DNA of 64,000 nucleotides, from contig CAWIEK010000033.1 in NCBI GenBank assembly GCA_963835065.1, forward strand, positions 25,184 to 89,183, written 5' to 3'. This DNA is from an uncultured Chthonomonadaceae bacterium. Lineage in GTDB: Bacteria > Armatimonadota > Chthonomonadetes > Chthonomonadales > Chthonomonadaceae. The notes under the pieces are model-generated. The model was given only the letters and a program-made list of their open reading frames with translations, was not told where the DNA came from and searched no databases. Of the stretch, positions 39,260-48,950 are shown piece by piece; position 1 is the first letter of the stretch, and each line of letters begins with the position of its first letter. The translations under genes were made by a program, and so were the position numbers.

Positions 39260-39658
39260 ATGGCGCTTTCCGACACGGGCTTCCTTGTGGGAGGCATCAG
39301 TAAGGACGATCAACATCACCGACGCTGCATGGAGATAGCGGCCACGCTGCCACCGTTTCAGGTGACAACATGGCCGTGCGTCACCGAAGCGATGCACCTT
39401 CTGAGGTTTCCTGTCGCTCAGGAGAAACTACGTCGGCAAATCGAAACCGGTATTCTGCGCCTGTATGAGCCTGACTATGCCGATGGCTTACGCGCCTGTG
39501 CCCTCATGCGCAAATACGCCGATGCGCCTATGGACTTTGCCGATGCTTCGCTTGTTGTTGCCGCCGAACGCCTGAACATTACCTGCATTTTAACATTTGA
39601 TCGCCACTTTTACGCTTACCGCATCAATGACAATACCTCGTTTGAAGTGCTGCCCTGA
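39260..39658 (+). CDS. PIN-domain (VapC) toxin
   Basis: DTGFLV, TWPCVTEA, MDFADASLV, ILTFDRHF. Confidence 0.9.
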   Translation: MALSDTGFLVGGISKDDQHHRRCMEIAATLPPFQVTTWPCVTEAMHLLRFPVAQEKLRRQIETGILRLYEPDYADGLRACALMRKYADAPMDFADASLVVAAERLNITCILTFDRHFYAYRINDNTSFEVLP

Positions 39659-39986
39659 TTTCCGCTTCCATCGCTGGTAACTCGCCCCGCTTAAATTCCC
39701 CGTTCCCTTTGTACACAGCATGGTGATTCAAATTGTGAAATTTTCCACAATCACGCAACGCTCTTTCAGAGGAAGCGTATTTCTTTTATCACTGCTTTTG
39801 GTGAAATGGAACTGCGGGCAGAGGACGGCGGGTTCATGCCAATTCAGAAAACGAACGTTTTCCGAACAACGCAGCAGCAACGCCCCGGATCAGCACCGAT
39901 CCTGGGCGTTTTCACGTCAAGAAACCCATTCGTAAATCTATGTCAACTTACTTGCAGGGTACAATGAGATTCCGAAGCCTATGCTC

Positions 39987-40367
39987 CTATTTTGTCTTGC
40001 TCTTGATGTACTCTATGGCTTGGTCGAGCGTTTCGGGCGTGGCCGCGTTGATCATTTGAGCGGCCTTAATTGCCCCTACATAATAAATCTTAGTACCGTT
40101 TTCAACGTGCTGAAGGCCGCCGAGCATTTTCGACAGCACCTCCAGGTCACTACGATCCATCTCCAGATGAGAGAGGATATACTGCCACTGCTTACCCCGT
40201 GCAGCGTTCATGGCGGCACGGGCGGCTTTTTGTTCCCCATCCTTGTTGTCCAATATTGTCTCCTTTTGTGAGATCGTTGGGAGATTGTACCTGCTGTTCC
40301 TGAAAATTGCAGATTGTACTGTACTCATTGAAACGTCCGTTTCAGTGGAGTACGCCCCATCGCCCAC
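39987..40367 (-). CDS. Hypothetical protein
   Basis: GTG start after gggagg; open frame to 39987; lower GC. Confidence 0.5.
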   Translation of the reverse strand: MGDGAYSTETDVSMSTVQSAIFRNSRYNLPTISQKETILDNKDGEQKAARAAMNAARGKQWQYILSHLEMDRSDLEVLSKMLGGLQHVENGTKIYYVGAIKAAQMINAATPETLDQAIEYIKSKTK

Positions 40368-40460
40368 AGAAAACCTCCCGTACTTTGATTTTGTGCATTG
40401 TGACTGTTGGTAAGGTACGGGTTGTACACAACTCCAGAGCAAAAATTGATTGCCTGTGAC

Positions 40461-40979
40461 TCACTCGCCTACTTGTTGCAAAGCGTGGGCAACATACGCT
40501 TCTGTGTCCAGTTGGGCGCGGAGGTGAGGCAGTTGGGAGTCTTCAGGATGGATGGCTTCCCAATTTGCCAGCGCGTCTCGCGCATTGCAGAGCGCGGCTG
40601 CAAATAATTCGGGCGCGTCCTCTGCGCGAACACGCCGACGTAGGGCAAAGAGTTGTTCGCGTTGCTGACACTCTTCCGGTGTCAGGCGCATGACTTCGGC
40701 TTCAGCCTGTGCTTCACGAGCGCTGTCTTCCAGCATGGCAAGTTGCTCGAATACGGCGGACAGTCGCGTTCGCTCTTCCGGGCGTTGCTTTGTCCACGCT
40801 CGCAATGCGGCTTTGACTTCCATTATTTCAGCAAGCGTCTGCGCGTTTCCGATCTGCGCTCCGATTTGAGCCAATTCTGCCTGCTCCACTGTCGAGCGGA
40901 TGCTTGCCTTGCCATTTGAAGAATTACCCTCTGCTGCCATCCCCCTCGCCACCGGTGGCAAAACGTCTACAATCGTCAT
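40461..40979 (-). CDS. Hypothetical helical protein
   Basis: ATG after ggggag; two similar helical halves (ALRAW../ALANW..). Confidence 0.55.
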   Translation of the reverse strand: MTIVDVLPPVARGMAAEGNSSNGKASIRSTVEQAELAQIGAQIGNAQTLAEIMEVKAALRAWTKQRPEERTRLSAVFEQLAMLEDSAREAQAEAEVMRLTPEECQQREQLFALRRRVRAEDAPELFAAALCNARDALANWEAIHPEDSQLPHLRAQLDTEAYVAHALQQVGE

Positions 40980-41198
40980 CGCTTTTCTCCCCTGCCTACA
41001 AGCCGACACTCACGGCTTTAATCTGCGCCGCAATGTCGCGCTGACAAAAGCAAACGTCCGCACAAAGGTTGCCGAGGCTTCCGGCGGGTTTTCACCTACG
41101 AAATCTTGCTTTATGGTATGCAGTAATACCCCACCCTGCTTCACAAGGACTGCTATCAATAAAGCCTCGTCCGCAGAACGACTGACCGCAGGCCATAA

Positions 41199-41302
41199 AA
41201 AACGTCACGGCGGAACAAATACGCGAAGTCGCCGTCCACTACTTGGACACGGAGCATTACTGGCTCGGCGTGGTGCGTAGCGGCATAGTGGAAAGAACTT
41301 GA
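41199..41302 (+). pseudogene. Displaced duplicate of the M16 peptidase 3' end (direct repeat copy 2)
   Basis: Encodes NVTAEQIREVAVHYLDTEHYWLGVVRSG...stop versus NVTAEQIREVAVRYLDTERYWLGVVRGG...stop. Confidence 0.85.
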
Positions 41303-41328
41303 TACGTCATGGAGGCGCAGGAGAAGAT

Positions 41329-41664
41329 GTGAAGAAGAGAAGCAACGCCTTAACCAACAGACAGTTGGCGGTACTACGCCATATACACCAACACATTCAG
41401 CAACAGGGCTTTGCGCCCAGCAACCGCGAAATGTGCGAAACCTTCCACATTTCCACCGTGACGGGAGTCAGCTCGCATTTGCATGCGCTCGTGGGCAAAG
41501 GGATGCTCCTTCGTCCGGGAAAACGTTCGCGCAGTATGACCGTCACGGAGGCTGGCAAGCGGGCGCTGGGCGAGTTCCCGGAGATGCCCGGAACCTTCGC
41601 CTACTTCCTCTACGACGAAGACGCGCGGTGTATGAAACCGATGGATGAGGAGAAGTCCGATTAA
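41329..41664 (+). CDS. LexA-type DNA-binding domain protein without peptidase domain
   Basis: LTNRQLAVL..I....GFAPSNREM..F..S...V..HL.AL..KG.L.R..RS. Confidence 0.8.
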   Translation: MKKRSNALTNRQLAVLRHIHQHIQQQGFAPSNREMCETFHISTVTGVSSHLHALVGKGMLLRPGKRSRSMTVTEAGKRALGEFPEMPGTFAYFLYDEDARCMKPMDEEKSD

Positions 41665-41814
41665 CGGCCTTGTGCTTTTTTGCCCATGTTGCTGCTGCCT
41701 TCTCCGCCCGTGCCTGATTTTTCGCCTCGCGCCATTGCCACAAGGCGAATTCTTTCCGTTCCAAAAAAGACGCGCAGAAATTAGAAAAAAATTTACATAA
41801 AACATCAGACAAGC

Positions 41815-41842
41815 GAACCTTCTTAGCCTCCGACTCGTCTAA
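41815..41842 (+). promoter_or_regulatory. ECF-sigma-type promoter, copy 1
   Basis: GAACC-N16-CGTCTAA; the same motif and spacing occur at 58911-58938 (-). Confidence 0.7.
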
Positions 41843-41849
41843 CAGTATA

Positions 41850-42095
41850 CATTCGTCTATTAAAATAGATATGCTAACGAGCCAGGTGGCGGGACGTTGA
41901 AAGTTCGGAGATATTCTCCCCTCTCAACAATCTAACCTGGAAGGGAGGTGCAAGAAGATGCCTGTACACTCTCCCCGTTCGCCCTGACGCGCATGAGGTC
42001 ACGACGCCTCTTCTGAAAAACTTGACACAACGAGACATCGGGCTGGAAGCGCTGCATTGCCAAGATTTCGACGATCTCTCTACATATCCTTTTTC
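41850..42095 (+). ncRNA. Conserved structured leader RNA with uORF, copy 1
   Basis: About 155-nt core closely matching the reverse complement of 58712-58870; hairpins and uORF conserved. Confidence 0.55.
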
Positions 42096-42386
42096 CAAAG
42101 CACTCGCATAACTTCCCCACTTCCTATTGTCAAAAGTCGGGCTGCCCAATGATTCGGGAAGTTATAGATTTACGAACACTTACAGCAAAAAAATCATTTC
42201 TTTACTCTCCTTCAAATCGCGCGACAGCCTCGTTAAGTATGCACAGTTTGGCACTCTCATCAGAAGTCTGTGAATTTTTGCACAAACATGCAACGCCACG
42301 CGCATACGAGCGTAAGTAGAATTAAGCAAGTTCTCGTTTGTTGTGTTTGCCTGCGACGCGCCCTGCGCGTTAAAGGAGGTACGCTC

Positions 42387-43787
42387 ATGGATTCCCATAC
42401 CAATAAGATTCCGCGCGTGGTTATTGTCGGCGGCGGGTTTGGCGGCTTGTACGCCGCCCGCACACTCGCCAATGCTCCCGTTGAGGTTGTGCTGATTGAC
42501 AAAACCAACCATCATGTCTTTCAGCCGCTTTTGTATCAGGTGGCGACGGCCAGCCTGTCGCCCGCGCAAATCACGGCTCCCCTGCGCAGCGTGGTTCGCA
42601 ACGCCCGCAACACGGAAGTAATGATGAGCGAAGTGCGCGGCGTGGACACGAAGCGGCAGGTTGTGCATACGGATGTTAAGGACGTTCCCTACGACTACCT
42701 GATACTCGCAATGGGATCCCGGCACAGCTACTTCGCGCATCCCGAATGGGAAAGGTTTGCCCCCGGTTTGAAAGCGGTCACGGACGCCACTTCGGTTCGG
42801 CGCAACATTTTGATGGCGTTTGAAGCGGCGGAGATTGAGGAAGACGAGGCCAGGCGCCGCGCCCTGATGACGTTCGTGATGGTAGGCGGCGGGCCGACGG
42901 GCGTGGAAATGGCCGGACAGATCGCCGAAATTGCGCATCGCGCCCTGACAACCGACTTCCGGCATATCAATCCCAAGTGGGCGCGGATTTTGCTCGTGGA
43001 AGCCGGGCCGCGTATTTTAGCCGGGTTTGATGAAGGGCTTGCCGCCAAATCCCAAAAGTATCTGGAAGGCATGGGCGTGGAAGTGCGTACCAACTCGCGG
43101 GTTGAAAATGTGGACGCGCACAGCGTCACGGTCAACGGCGAGCGCATCGGCTGCGGTTCCATTCTGTGGGCGGCGGGCAATACGGCGTCCCCGGCAGGCA
43201 AATGGGTGGGCGCGGAACTGAGCAAGTCAGGGCAGGCCAAAGTCAGCCCGAAACTGAACGTGCCCGGATTGGAAAACGTGTTTGTGATCGGCGACTCGGC
43301 GTACTTCGAGCAGGACGGCCATCCCCTGCCCGCAGTGGCGCAGCCGGCCATCCAAATGGGCAAATACGTGGCGATACGCATTAAAAACCTGACAACCGGC
43401 AAACCCGATTTGCCGCCGTTCCGCTATTTCGACAAGGGCAACATGGCAACCGTAGGCCGCCGCTTCGCCATTTACGACCTTGCCGAACTGAAAACGCCGA
43501 GCGGCAAGCGCCTTACCGGGCCGATCCGCTTTGCCGGGTTTTTCGCGTGGCTGATGTGGCTCGCCATCCACATTACGTACTTGATCGGTTTCGGTAATCG
43601 CCTGATGGTCATGCTGAACTGGGCAAGTTCCTACCTGACCTTTGCGCGCGGCGCCCGCCTGATAACCCCGGACATGGGCGCAAACGCGCCGGAACCGGCC
43701 ATGCTTCTTAACAGCGCCAACGGCAGCAGCGATGGCAAAAGCGCTGTCGTACCGTTGAAGCCGCAGGAAGTTGCTACGCGCGTCTAA
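42387..43787 (+). CDS. ndh: Type II NADH dehydrogenase
   Basis: RBS aggagg; VVIVGGGFGG, FQPLLYQVAT, VGGGPTGVEMAG, YFDKGNMAT. Confidence 0.92.
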   Translation: MDSHTNKIPRVVIVGGGFGGLYAARTLANAPVEVVLIDKTNHHVFQPLLYQVATASLSPAQITAPLRSVVRNARNTEVMMSEVRGVDTKRQVVHTDVKDVPYDYLILAMGSRHSYFAHPEWERFAPGLKAVTDATSVRRNILMAFEAAEIEEDEARRRALMTFVMVGGGPTGVEMAGQIAEIAHRALTTDFRHINPKWARILLVEAGPRILAGFDEGLAAKSQKYLEGMGVEVRTNSRVENVDAHSVTVNGERIGCGSILWAAGNTASPAGKWVGAELSKSGQAKVSPKLNVPGLENVFVIGDSAYFEQDGHPLPAVAQPAIQMGKYVAIRIKNLTTGKPDLPPFRYFDKGNMATVGRRFAIYDLAELKTPSGKRLTGPIRFAGFFAWLMWLAIHITYLIGFGNRLMVMLNWASSYLTFARGARLITPDMGANAPEPAMLLNSANGSSDGKSAVVPLKPQEVATRV

Positions 43788-43800
43788 GGAGGGTAGAAAC

Positions 43801-44925
43801 TTACGTACAATCCGGCTGCGTCTGGAAGAGTTTTATCAATTCCACTTCTTCCAGCGTGTATTCCTCATGGTGGCGGCGAATGACGCGCTGCGCTGCCGGG
43901 CGGAAATCGCGCAGGGTAATCCCCTGCTGATACCGCTCAAAGACGACCGGGTGAATGTAGCTTTCGCGGCAGACTGAGGGCGTATTGCCCAAACGATCCG
44001 CTACGATTTTTGCCGTTTCGACGATGTTATGCTTGGCCTGCTTGTCGTTTTCCGGCTTGCCCATTTCGGCCAGCGCGATAGCCGCTTGCAGTGTGCCGCC
44101 CCATGTCCGAAAATCTTTGGCGGAAAACGCGCTCCCCATCGCCGATTTGATGTAATGGTTGACATCCGTAGGCGTAATCGGGCGTGGATTGCCTTCCGCA
44201 TCCAGGTAATTGAACAGCCTGACACCCGGAATGGCTCTGATTTCGCGCATCAACTCGACCAATGCCCCATCCACCAGTATGCGCCGCTGATGGATGTGGT
44301 GCTTGCCCGTAAACTGAAACAGCAGGTGCGATTCATCCAGTTCGTGCAAATGGTAATTGCGCAGCGACGTGATGCCATACGTTTTGTACTGCTCCACGCT
44401 GTCTTCCGAGCCAAGCCGGAAGTACAGGTCATTGATGAGCCGCGTCACCACTGCCAGTACGCGGTTTTTGCCCAATCCCTCTTCCGCGATGTGCTGATTG
44501 CTGACATGGCGCAGTTTCGGCAGATGTTCGCCGAAATGCTCGATCTTCTCGAACTTTTTGCGCGCCTGGCAGGCGGCATAATCTATATGGTAGCGGTACT
44601 GAATACGCCCGCTGGAATCAACGGCAATGGCCTGCAAGTTGCTGTGCGACGAAGGCGCAACCCGCACTTCGGTATAGCCGGGAGGAATGGCGAGATGCGC
44701 AATCCGCGCAAGCTGCTCCTCGTCCGTAACGCGCCGTCCTTTCGCGTCCTCGTACCAGAAGCCGTCTTCCTTCGCGCCTTTCCGATGCCACCATTGCGCC
44801 CGCCCGCCCCGTTCCATCACGCGGCGCAAGCGTTCGGCAATAGCCTGCCCTTCCTCAGACATATTCCGGTTCACATGCGCTCCTGCGTCGGCTATTTCTG
44901 CTTCTCTAATATCTAATGTTGTCAT
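43801..44925 (-). CDS. Bacterial DNA topoisomerase IB
   Basis: LAIPPGY, GRIQYRYH, FRLGS, FTGK, KDFRTW, LGNTPSVCRESYIHP. Confidence 0.92.
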   Translation of the reverse strand: MTTLDIREAEIADAGAHVNRNMSEEGQAIAERLRRVMERGGRAQWWHRKGAKEDGFWYEDAKGRRVTDEEQLARIAHLAIPPGYTEVRVAPSSHSNLQAIAVDSSGRIQYRYHIDYAACQARKKFEKIEHFGEHLPKLRHVSNQHIAEEGLGKNRVLAVVTRLINDLYFRLGSEDSVEQYKTYGITSLRNYHLHELDESHLLFQFTGKHHIHQRRILVDGALVELMREIRAIPGVRLFNYLDAEGNPRPITPTDVNHYIKSAMGSAFSAKDFRTWGGTLQAAIALAEMGKPENDKQAKHNIVETAKIVADRLGNTPSVCRESYIHPVVFERYQQGITLRDFRPAAQRVIRRHHEEYTLEEVELIKLFQTQPDCT

Positions 44926-45099
44926 AAGGCTGGTAATTTCCTGTACAATGAAGGACGAGCCGGCATGTTTATGTCCGCCATCCGTTATCAGGCCGGATGC
45001 AAAAAGGTCATGCAGCCAATGGACTCCAAATCAAGCAGGCAGGTTCCGGCACTTGAAATTCAATCAAAGCCGTAATGCAGCAAACTGTGAATTGAGCGC

Positions 45100-45128
45100 T
45101 TGACAAATGCGCCCGTTTGCTCTACAAT
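45100..45128 (+). promoter_or_regulatory. Sigma70-type promoter upstream of rpoZ
   Basis: TTGACA-N17-TACAAT. Confidence 0.65.
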
Positions 45129-45291
45129 GTACGGTCTATATACGCCTGCCTGCGCTTTTCTCATGCGTCCGCCAACAATCTTCACAGGAAGAAAGATTGC
45201 CGCGTCTTTGCCTCTTTTAACTGGCAAGACACGCGCCAGCGGGCTACATTTCTGTTTGCGCGCAGCCGAGCGTTTCCCGGAGAATTTCATT

Positions 45292-45777
45292 ATGAGCATC
45301 TATCCCTCCCCCGATAAACTCGATAGTCAGGAAAGCAAGTACGCGCTTGTGATTCTGGCCGCCAAGCGCGCCCGCCAGATCAAGGACGGGGCGCGCGCCC
45401 TGGTTCCCAATCGTTCCACCAATGCGCTGACCGGCGCGCTGGAAGAAATCGCCGAAGGCGCGATCATTGCCCGCGTCGTGGAAGATTCCGCCGCTGCCGC
45501 GCAAAAAGCCGCGCTGAAACCCAATACGCCGAGCCTCGAAGACATCATCGCCGCCGGCCCGGTCATTTCTCTGGAACCCGATCCTGACAGTACTGCCGGT
45601 CAGATTGCCGCCCTGCGCGCCGCCGATTCCGATGGCGACGACGACGATCTGATTGAAGACGACCGCGACGACGTTCTCACGCCCGTAGACGTGTTCGCCC
45701 AGGACGCCCCCGGCCTGATGAGCGAAATGGACGAGGACGACGACCTGATTCCCTCCATTGAGGATGAGGACGAGTAG
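45292..45777 (+). CDS. rpoZ: RNA polymerase omega subunit with long acidic tail
   Basis: YPSPDKL..SKYALVILAAKRARQI..ALEEIAEG. Confidence 0.9.
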   Translation: MSIYPSPDKLDSQESKYALVILAAKRARQIKDGARALVPNRSTNALTGALEEIAEGAIIARVVEDSAAAAQKAALKPNTPSLEDIIAAGPVISLEPDPDSTAGQIAALRAADSDGDDDDLIEDDRDDVLTPVDVFAQDAPGLMSEMDEDDDLIPSIEDEDE

Positions 45778-45785
45778 CACTTAGG

Positions 45786-45855
45786 AGACAGGGAACAGTG
45801 GACAGGGAACAGAAGTAGGAAGTTCCTGTTCCCTGTTCCCTGTTCCCTGTTCCCT
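45786..45855. repeat. GGGAACA/TGTTCCC heptamer inverted arms
   Basis: acagggaacagtggacagggaacag ... ctgttccctgttccctgttccctgttccct. Confidence 0.85.
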
Positions 45856-45864
45856 TACTTTGCC

Positions 45865-47343
45865 ATGCCAAAAATCGTAGGAATTGACTTAGGAACGACC
45901 AACTCGGTCATTGCCGTTATGGAGGGCGCGGAGCCTGTGGTGATTTCCCTTGCGGAAGGAACCCGGCTCTGCCCCTCCGTTGTCGGGTTTACCCGAACGG
46001 GGGAGCGGCTTGTCGGCCCGCTTGCCAAACGCCAGGCATTAGCCGCGCCGGAGCGCACCATTCGCAGCATCAAGCGGCACATGGGCACAGACTATACTGT
46101 TGAAATTGACAACCGGCGCATGACGCCGCAGGAAGTTTCCGCTCTAATTTTGCAAAAATTGAAAGCGGACGCGGAAAGTTATCTCGGCGAACCGGTGGGA
46201 AAAGCCGTGATTACGGTTCCCGCCTATTTTTCCGACGCGCAGCGCCAGGCCACCAAAGACGCAGGCACTATCGCCGGTCTGGAAGTGGTTCGTATTCTTA
46301 ATGAGCCAACGGCAGCCGCGCTTGCGTATGGCGCGAAGCGCGACGATGTGCAGAACGTGCTTGTGTGGGATTTGGGCGGCGGCACGTTCGATGTTTCTCT
46401 TTTGGAAGCGGGCGACGGCTTGTTTCACGTCCGCGCCACCAATGGCGATACCCGATTGGGCGGCGACGATTGGGACACACGCCTGATGGAGTGGCTGGCT
46501 GACCAATTTCAGCGAGTCAACAGCGTCAACATACGCGGCGACCGATCCGCCATGCAGCGCTTGCAGGAAGCGGCGGAAAAAGCCAAAATTGAACTCAGCG
46601 CCCTATCACAAACCAACGTCAACCTGCCCTTTCTGTCCGTCGGCGCGGACGGCCCGCTCCATCTGGATGTGGATTTAAGCCGCGCGCAAATGGAGAAACT
46701 GTGTTCTGATCTGCTGGAACGATTGATTGCGCCGTCCAAACAAGCGCTTGCCGACGCCAAAATGAAGGCGGAGGAGTTAGACCTTGTCCTGCTCGTCGGC
46801 GGCTCCACGCGAATGACGGCGGTGCAGGAACTTGCGCGGAAAATGTTCGGTAAGGAACCGTATCGGGGCTTAAACCCGGAAGAAGCCATTGCGCTTGGCG
46901 CGGCATTGCAGGGCGGCATTCTCAACGAGGAAGTCACCGATTTGCTGCTGCTGGACGTGACGCCGCTTTCCCTGGGCATCGAAACGCTGGGCGGCGAAGT
47001 CACGCACATCATCAGCCGCAACACGACTGTTCCCACGCAAAGCAAAAAAGTCTTTACAACCGCCAATGACGGCCAGACTACCGTTGAAATCAAAGTTTAT
47101 CAGGGCGAACACCGTTTGGCGCGGTATAATAAATTTCTGGCGAACTTTCAACTGACCGACATTCCCAGGCTTGGGCGCGGCCTGCCCAAAATCGAAGTGA
47201 CATTCGACATTGACGCTAACGGCATCGTCCACGTCACCGCAATGGAACAAACAACAGGCCGTCAACAGCATATTCAGATCAACAACACCGTCGGCCTGAG
47301 CGCGGAAGAAATCACCCGGTTAAGCCAGGCCGTTCAGCAGTAG
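45865..47343 (+). CDS. dnaK: Hsp70 chaperone DnaK, C-terminally short (492 aa)
   Basis: [45 protein letters not shown]. Confidence 0.92.
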   Translation: MPKIVGIDLGTTNSVIAVMEGAEPVVISLAEGTRLCPSVVGFTRTGERLVGPLAKRQALAAPERTIRSIKRHMGTDYTVEIDNRRMTPQEVSALILQKLKADAESYLGEPVGKAVITVPAYFSDAQRQATKDAGTIAGLEVVRILNEPTAAALAYGAKRDDVQNVLVWDLGGGTFDVSLLEAGDGLFHVRATNGDTRLGGDDWDTRLMEWLADQFQRVNSVNIRGDRSAMQRLQEAAEKAKIELSALSQTNVNLPFLSVGADGPLHLDVDLSRAQMEKLCSDLLERLIAPSKQALADAKMKAEELDLVLLVGGSTRMTAVQELARKMFGKEPYRGLNPEEAIALGAALQGGILNEEVTDLLLLDVTPLSLGIETLGGEVTHIISRNTTVPTQSKKVFTTANDGQTTVEIKVYQGEHRLARYNKFLANFQLTDIPRLGRGLPKIEVTFDIDANGIVHVTAMEQTTGRQQHIQINNTVGLSAEEITRLSQAVQQ

Positions 47344-47344
47344 G

Positions 47345-47421
47345 CAGGCATTAGATATTAGATATGAGGCATTAGGCAAAACATACAAGCCCAATACCGA
47401 ACACCTGAACACCGAACACCG
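47345..47421. repeat. Mixed heptamer arrays (AGATATT/AGGCATT, CCGAACA)
   Basis: Tandem 7-mers between dnaK and dnaJ. Confidence 0.7.
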
Positions 47422-47436
47422 ATTTTGAGGAGCAAC

Positions 47437-48573
47437 ATGACGACGGAATCGCGCGATTATTACGATTTGTTGGGCGTGTCCCGCAGTGCCAGCCCGGAAG
47501 AGCTGAAGCGCGCGTACCGCAACCTTGCCAAAAAACTGCATCCCGACATCAACAAAGCCCCGGACGCGGCGGACAAGTTCAAGGAGATACAGGCCGCGTA
47601 TGACGTTCTCAGCGATGAAGGCAAGCGCCGTCAGTACGATCGCTTTGGCGTGGAAGGCTTGAACGGCGGTGGCGGAGGCTTCAACGGCGATTTTGGTGGG
47701 GGCGCGGCTCCGTTCGGCGATATATTCGATATTCTGTTCAACCAGGCGGCGGGTGGAACACAGAACCGGCAGGCGCAGGCGGCGCGCGGCGATGACCTGC
47801 GCGAAGACATTGAACTGACGCTGGAAGAAGTGGCGACGGGCGTAGAAAAAACCATCCGGTATTCCCGCATGGAAACCTGCGAAACCTGCCAGGGCGAGGG
47901 AGCCAAACCGGGCACAACGGCGGATACCTGTCCCCAATGTCACGGCCAGGGCCAGATACGCTTTTCCCAAAACACCCTGCTTGGCACATTCCACAGCAGC
48001 CAGACCTGCACCAAATGCCGGGGCACGGGCAAAGTGATCCCCAACCCCTGCCAGACATGCAGCGGCAGCGGGCGCGTCCGCAAAACCTCGGAGCGCACCC
48101 TGAAAATCCCTGCGGGCGTGGAAGCGGGCAAGCATCTGCGGCTTGTCGGCATGGGCGATGTCGGCGAGCGCGACGGACGGGCGGGAGATTTATACGTCGT
48201 CGTGTATGTGCGCGACCATCCCACTTTCGAGCGGCAGGGTAACGACATTTATTGCGAAATCACGCTTTCCTTTGCCCGCGCCGCGCTTGGCGGCACGATT
48301 GAAATTCCGATTTTGGGCGGCAAGGACGATTTCAAGCTGAACGAGGGTACGCAGCCCAACCAGGTTTACACCCTGCGTGGCAAGGGCCTGCCCGATATGA
48401 ACGGACGGGGCAAGGGCGACCAGCATATCGTCGTCAAAGTGGAAGTGCCGACCCGCCTCACCAACGAACAGCGCGACCTGCTGCGTCAGTTCGCCGCCAC
48501 AACCGGCGAAAAATTAGGCGAAACCAAACACGATGGCCCCAATATCCTGGGCCGCATCCTCGGCAAACATTAA
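47437..48573 (+). CDS. dnaJ: Chaperone DnaJ
   Basis: HPD J-domain, G/F region, four CxxCxGxG repeats. Confidence 0.97.
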   Translation: MTTESRDYYDLLGVSRSASPEELKRAYRNLAKKLHPDINKAPDAADKFKEIQAAYDVLSDEGKRRQYDRFGVEGLNGGGGGFNGDFGGGAAPFGDIFDILFNQAAGGTQNRQAQAARGDDLREDIELTLEEVATGVEKTIRYSRMETCETCQGEGAKPGTTADTCPQCHGQGQIRFSQNTLLGTFHSSQTCTKCRGTGKVIPNPCQTCSGSGRVRKTSERTLKIPAGVEAGKHLRLVGMGDVGERDGRAGDLYVVVYVRDHPTFERQGNDIYCEITLSFARAALGGTIEIPILGGKDDFKLNEGTQPNQVYTLRGKGLPDMNGRGKGDQHIVVKVEVPTRLTNEQRDLLRQFAATTGEKLGETKHDGPNILGRILGKH

Positions 48574-48584
48574 GAATAAAAATA

Positions 48585-48932
48585 AACCACCCGCTTGGCT
48601 ATAGACACAGAGACACAGAGGAAAAGCCAATACGAGAAAGACAGAAGAGATAAGAACCGCGAAAGAAACGAACCAAGACGAAACAGAGAAAAAACAAAAG
48701 AAATAGACAGCATTAACAGGATTAGAAGGATTGAACAGGATTACGTACAGAAAAGGGAACCCTGTTTGTTCGGAATATGCGCGAGCATCTGCGGATTTGT
48801 CCGTGTTCTTTTTCATCTTTTCGTCTTTTTCGTTTATTTCGTTTGTTTTGCGGTTCCCTCTCTTCTTTTCTTCTTTTCCTCCCTCTGTGAAACCTCTGTG
48901 TCTCTGTGTCTCTAGCCGCAGGCGGGTGGTAA
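48585..48932. repeat. Nested inverted-repeat mosaic of 7-9-mer arrays
   Basis: accacccgc..acacagag / ctctgtgt..gcgggtggt outer arms; aaccgcgaaa / ttttgcggtt inner arms; aacaggatt array. Confidence 0.8.
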
Positions 48933-48950
48933 ATTTGAATTGGAGCAACT

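Noticed and set aside
41932..42120. Opposite-strand ORF (ICREIVEILAMQRFQPDVSLCQ) also open at 58700-58851 as the real conserved gene
   Set aside because: No shared start or RBS, and the promoter, Shine-Dalgarno and downstream DinB all point to the other strand; not fully excluded
48595..48915. ORFs across the dnaJ-prmA spacer
   Set aside because: Translations merely reflect purine- and pyrimidine-rich repeat arms
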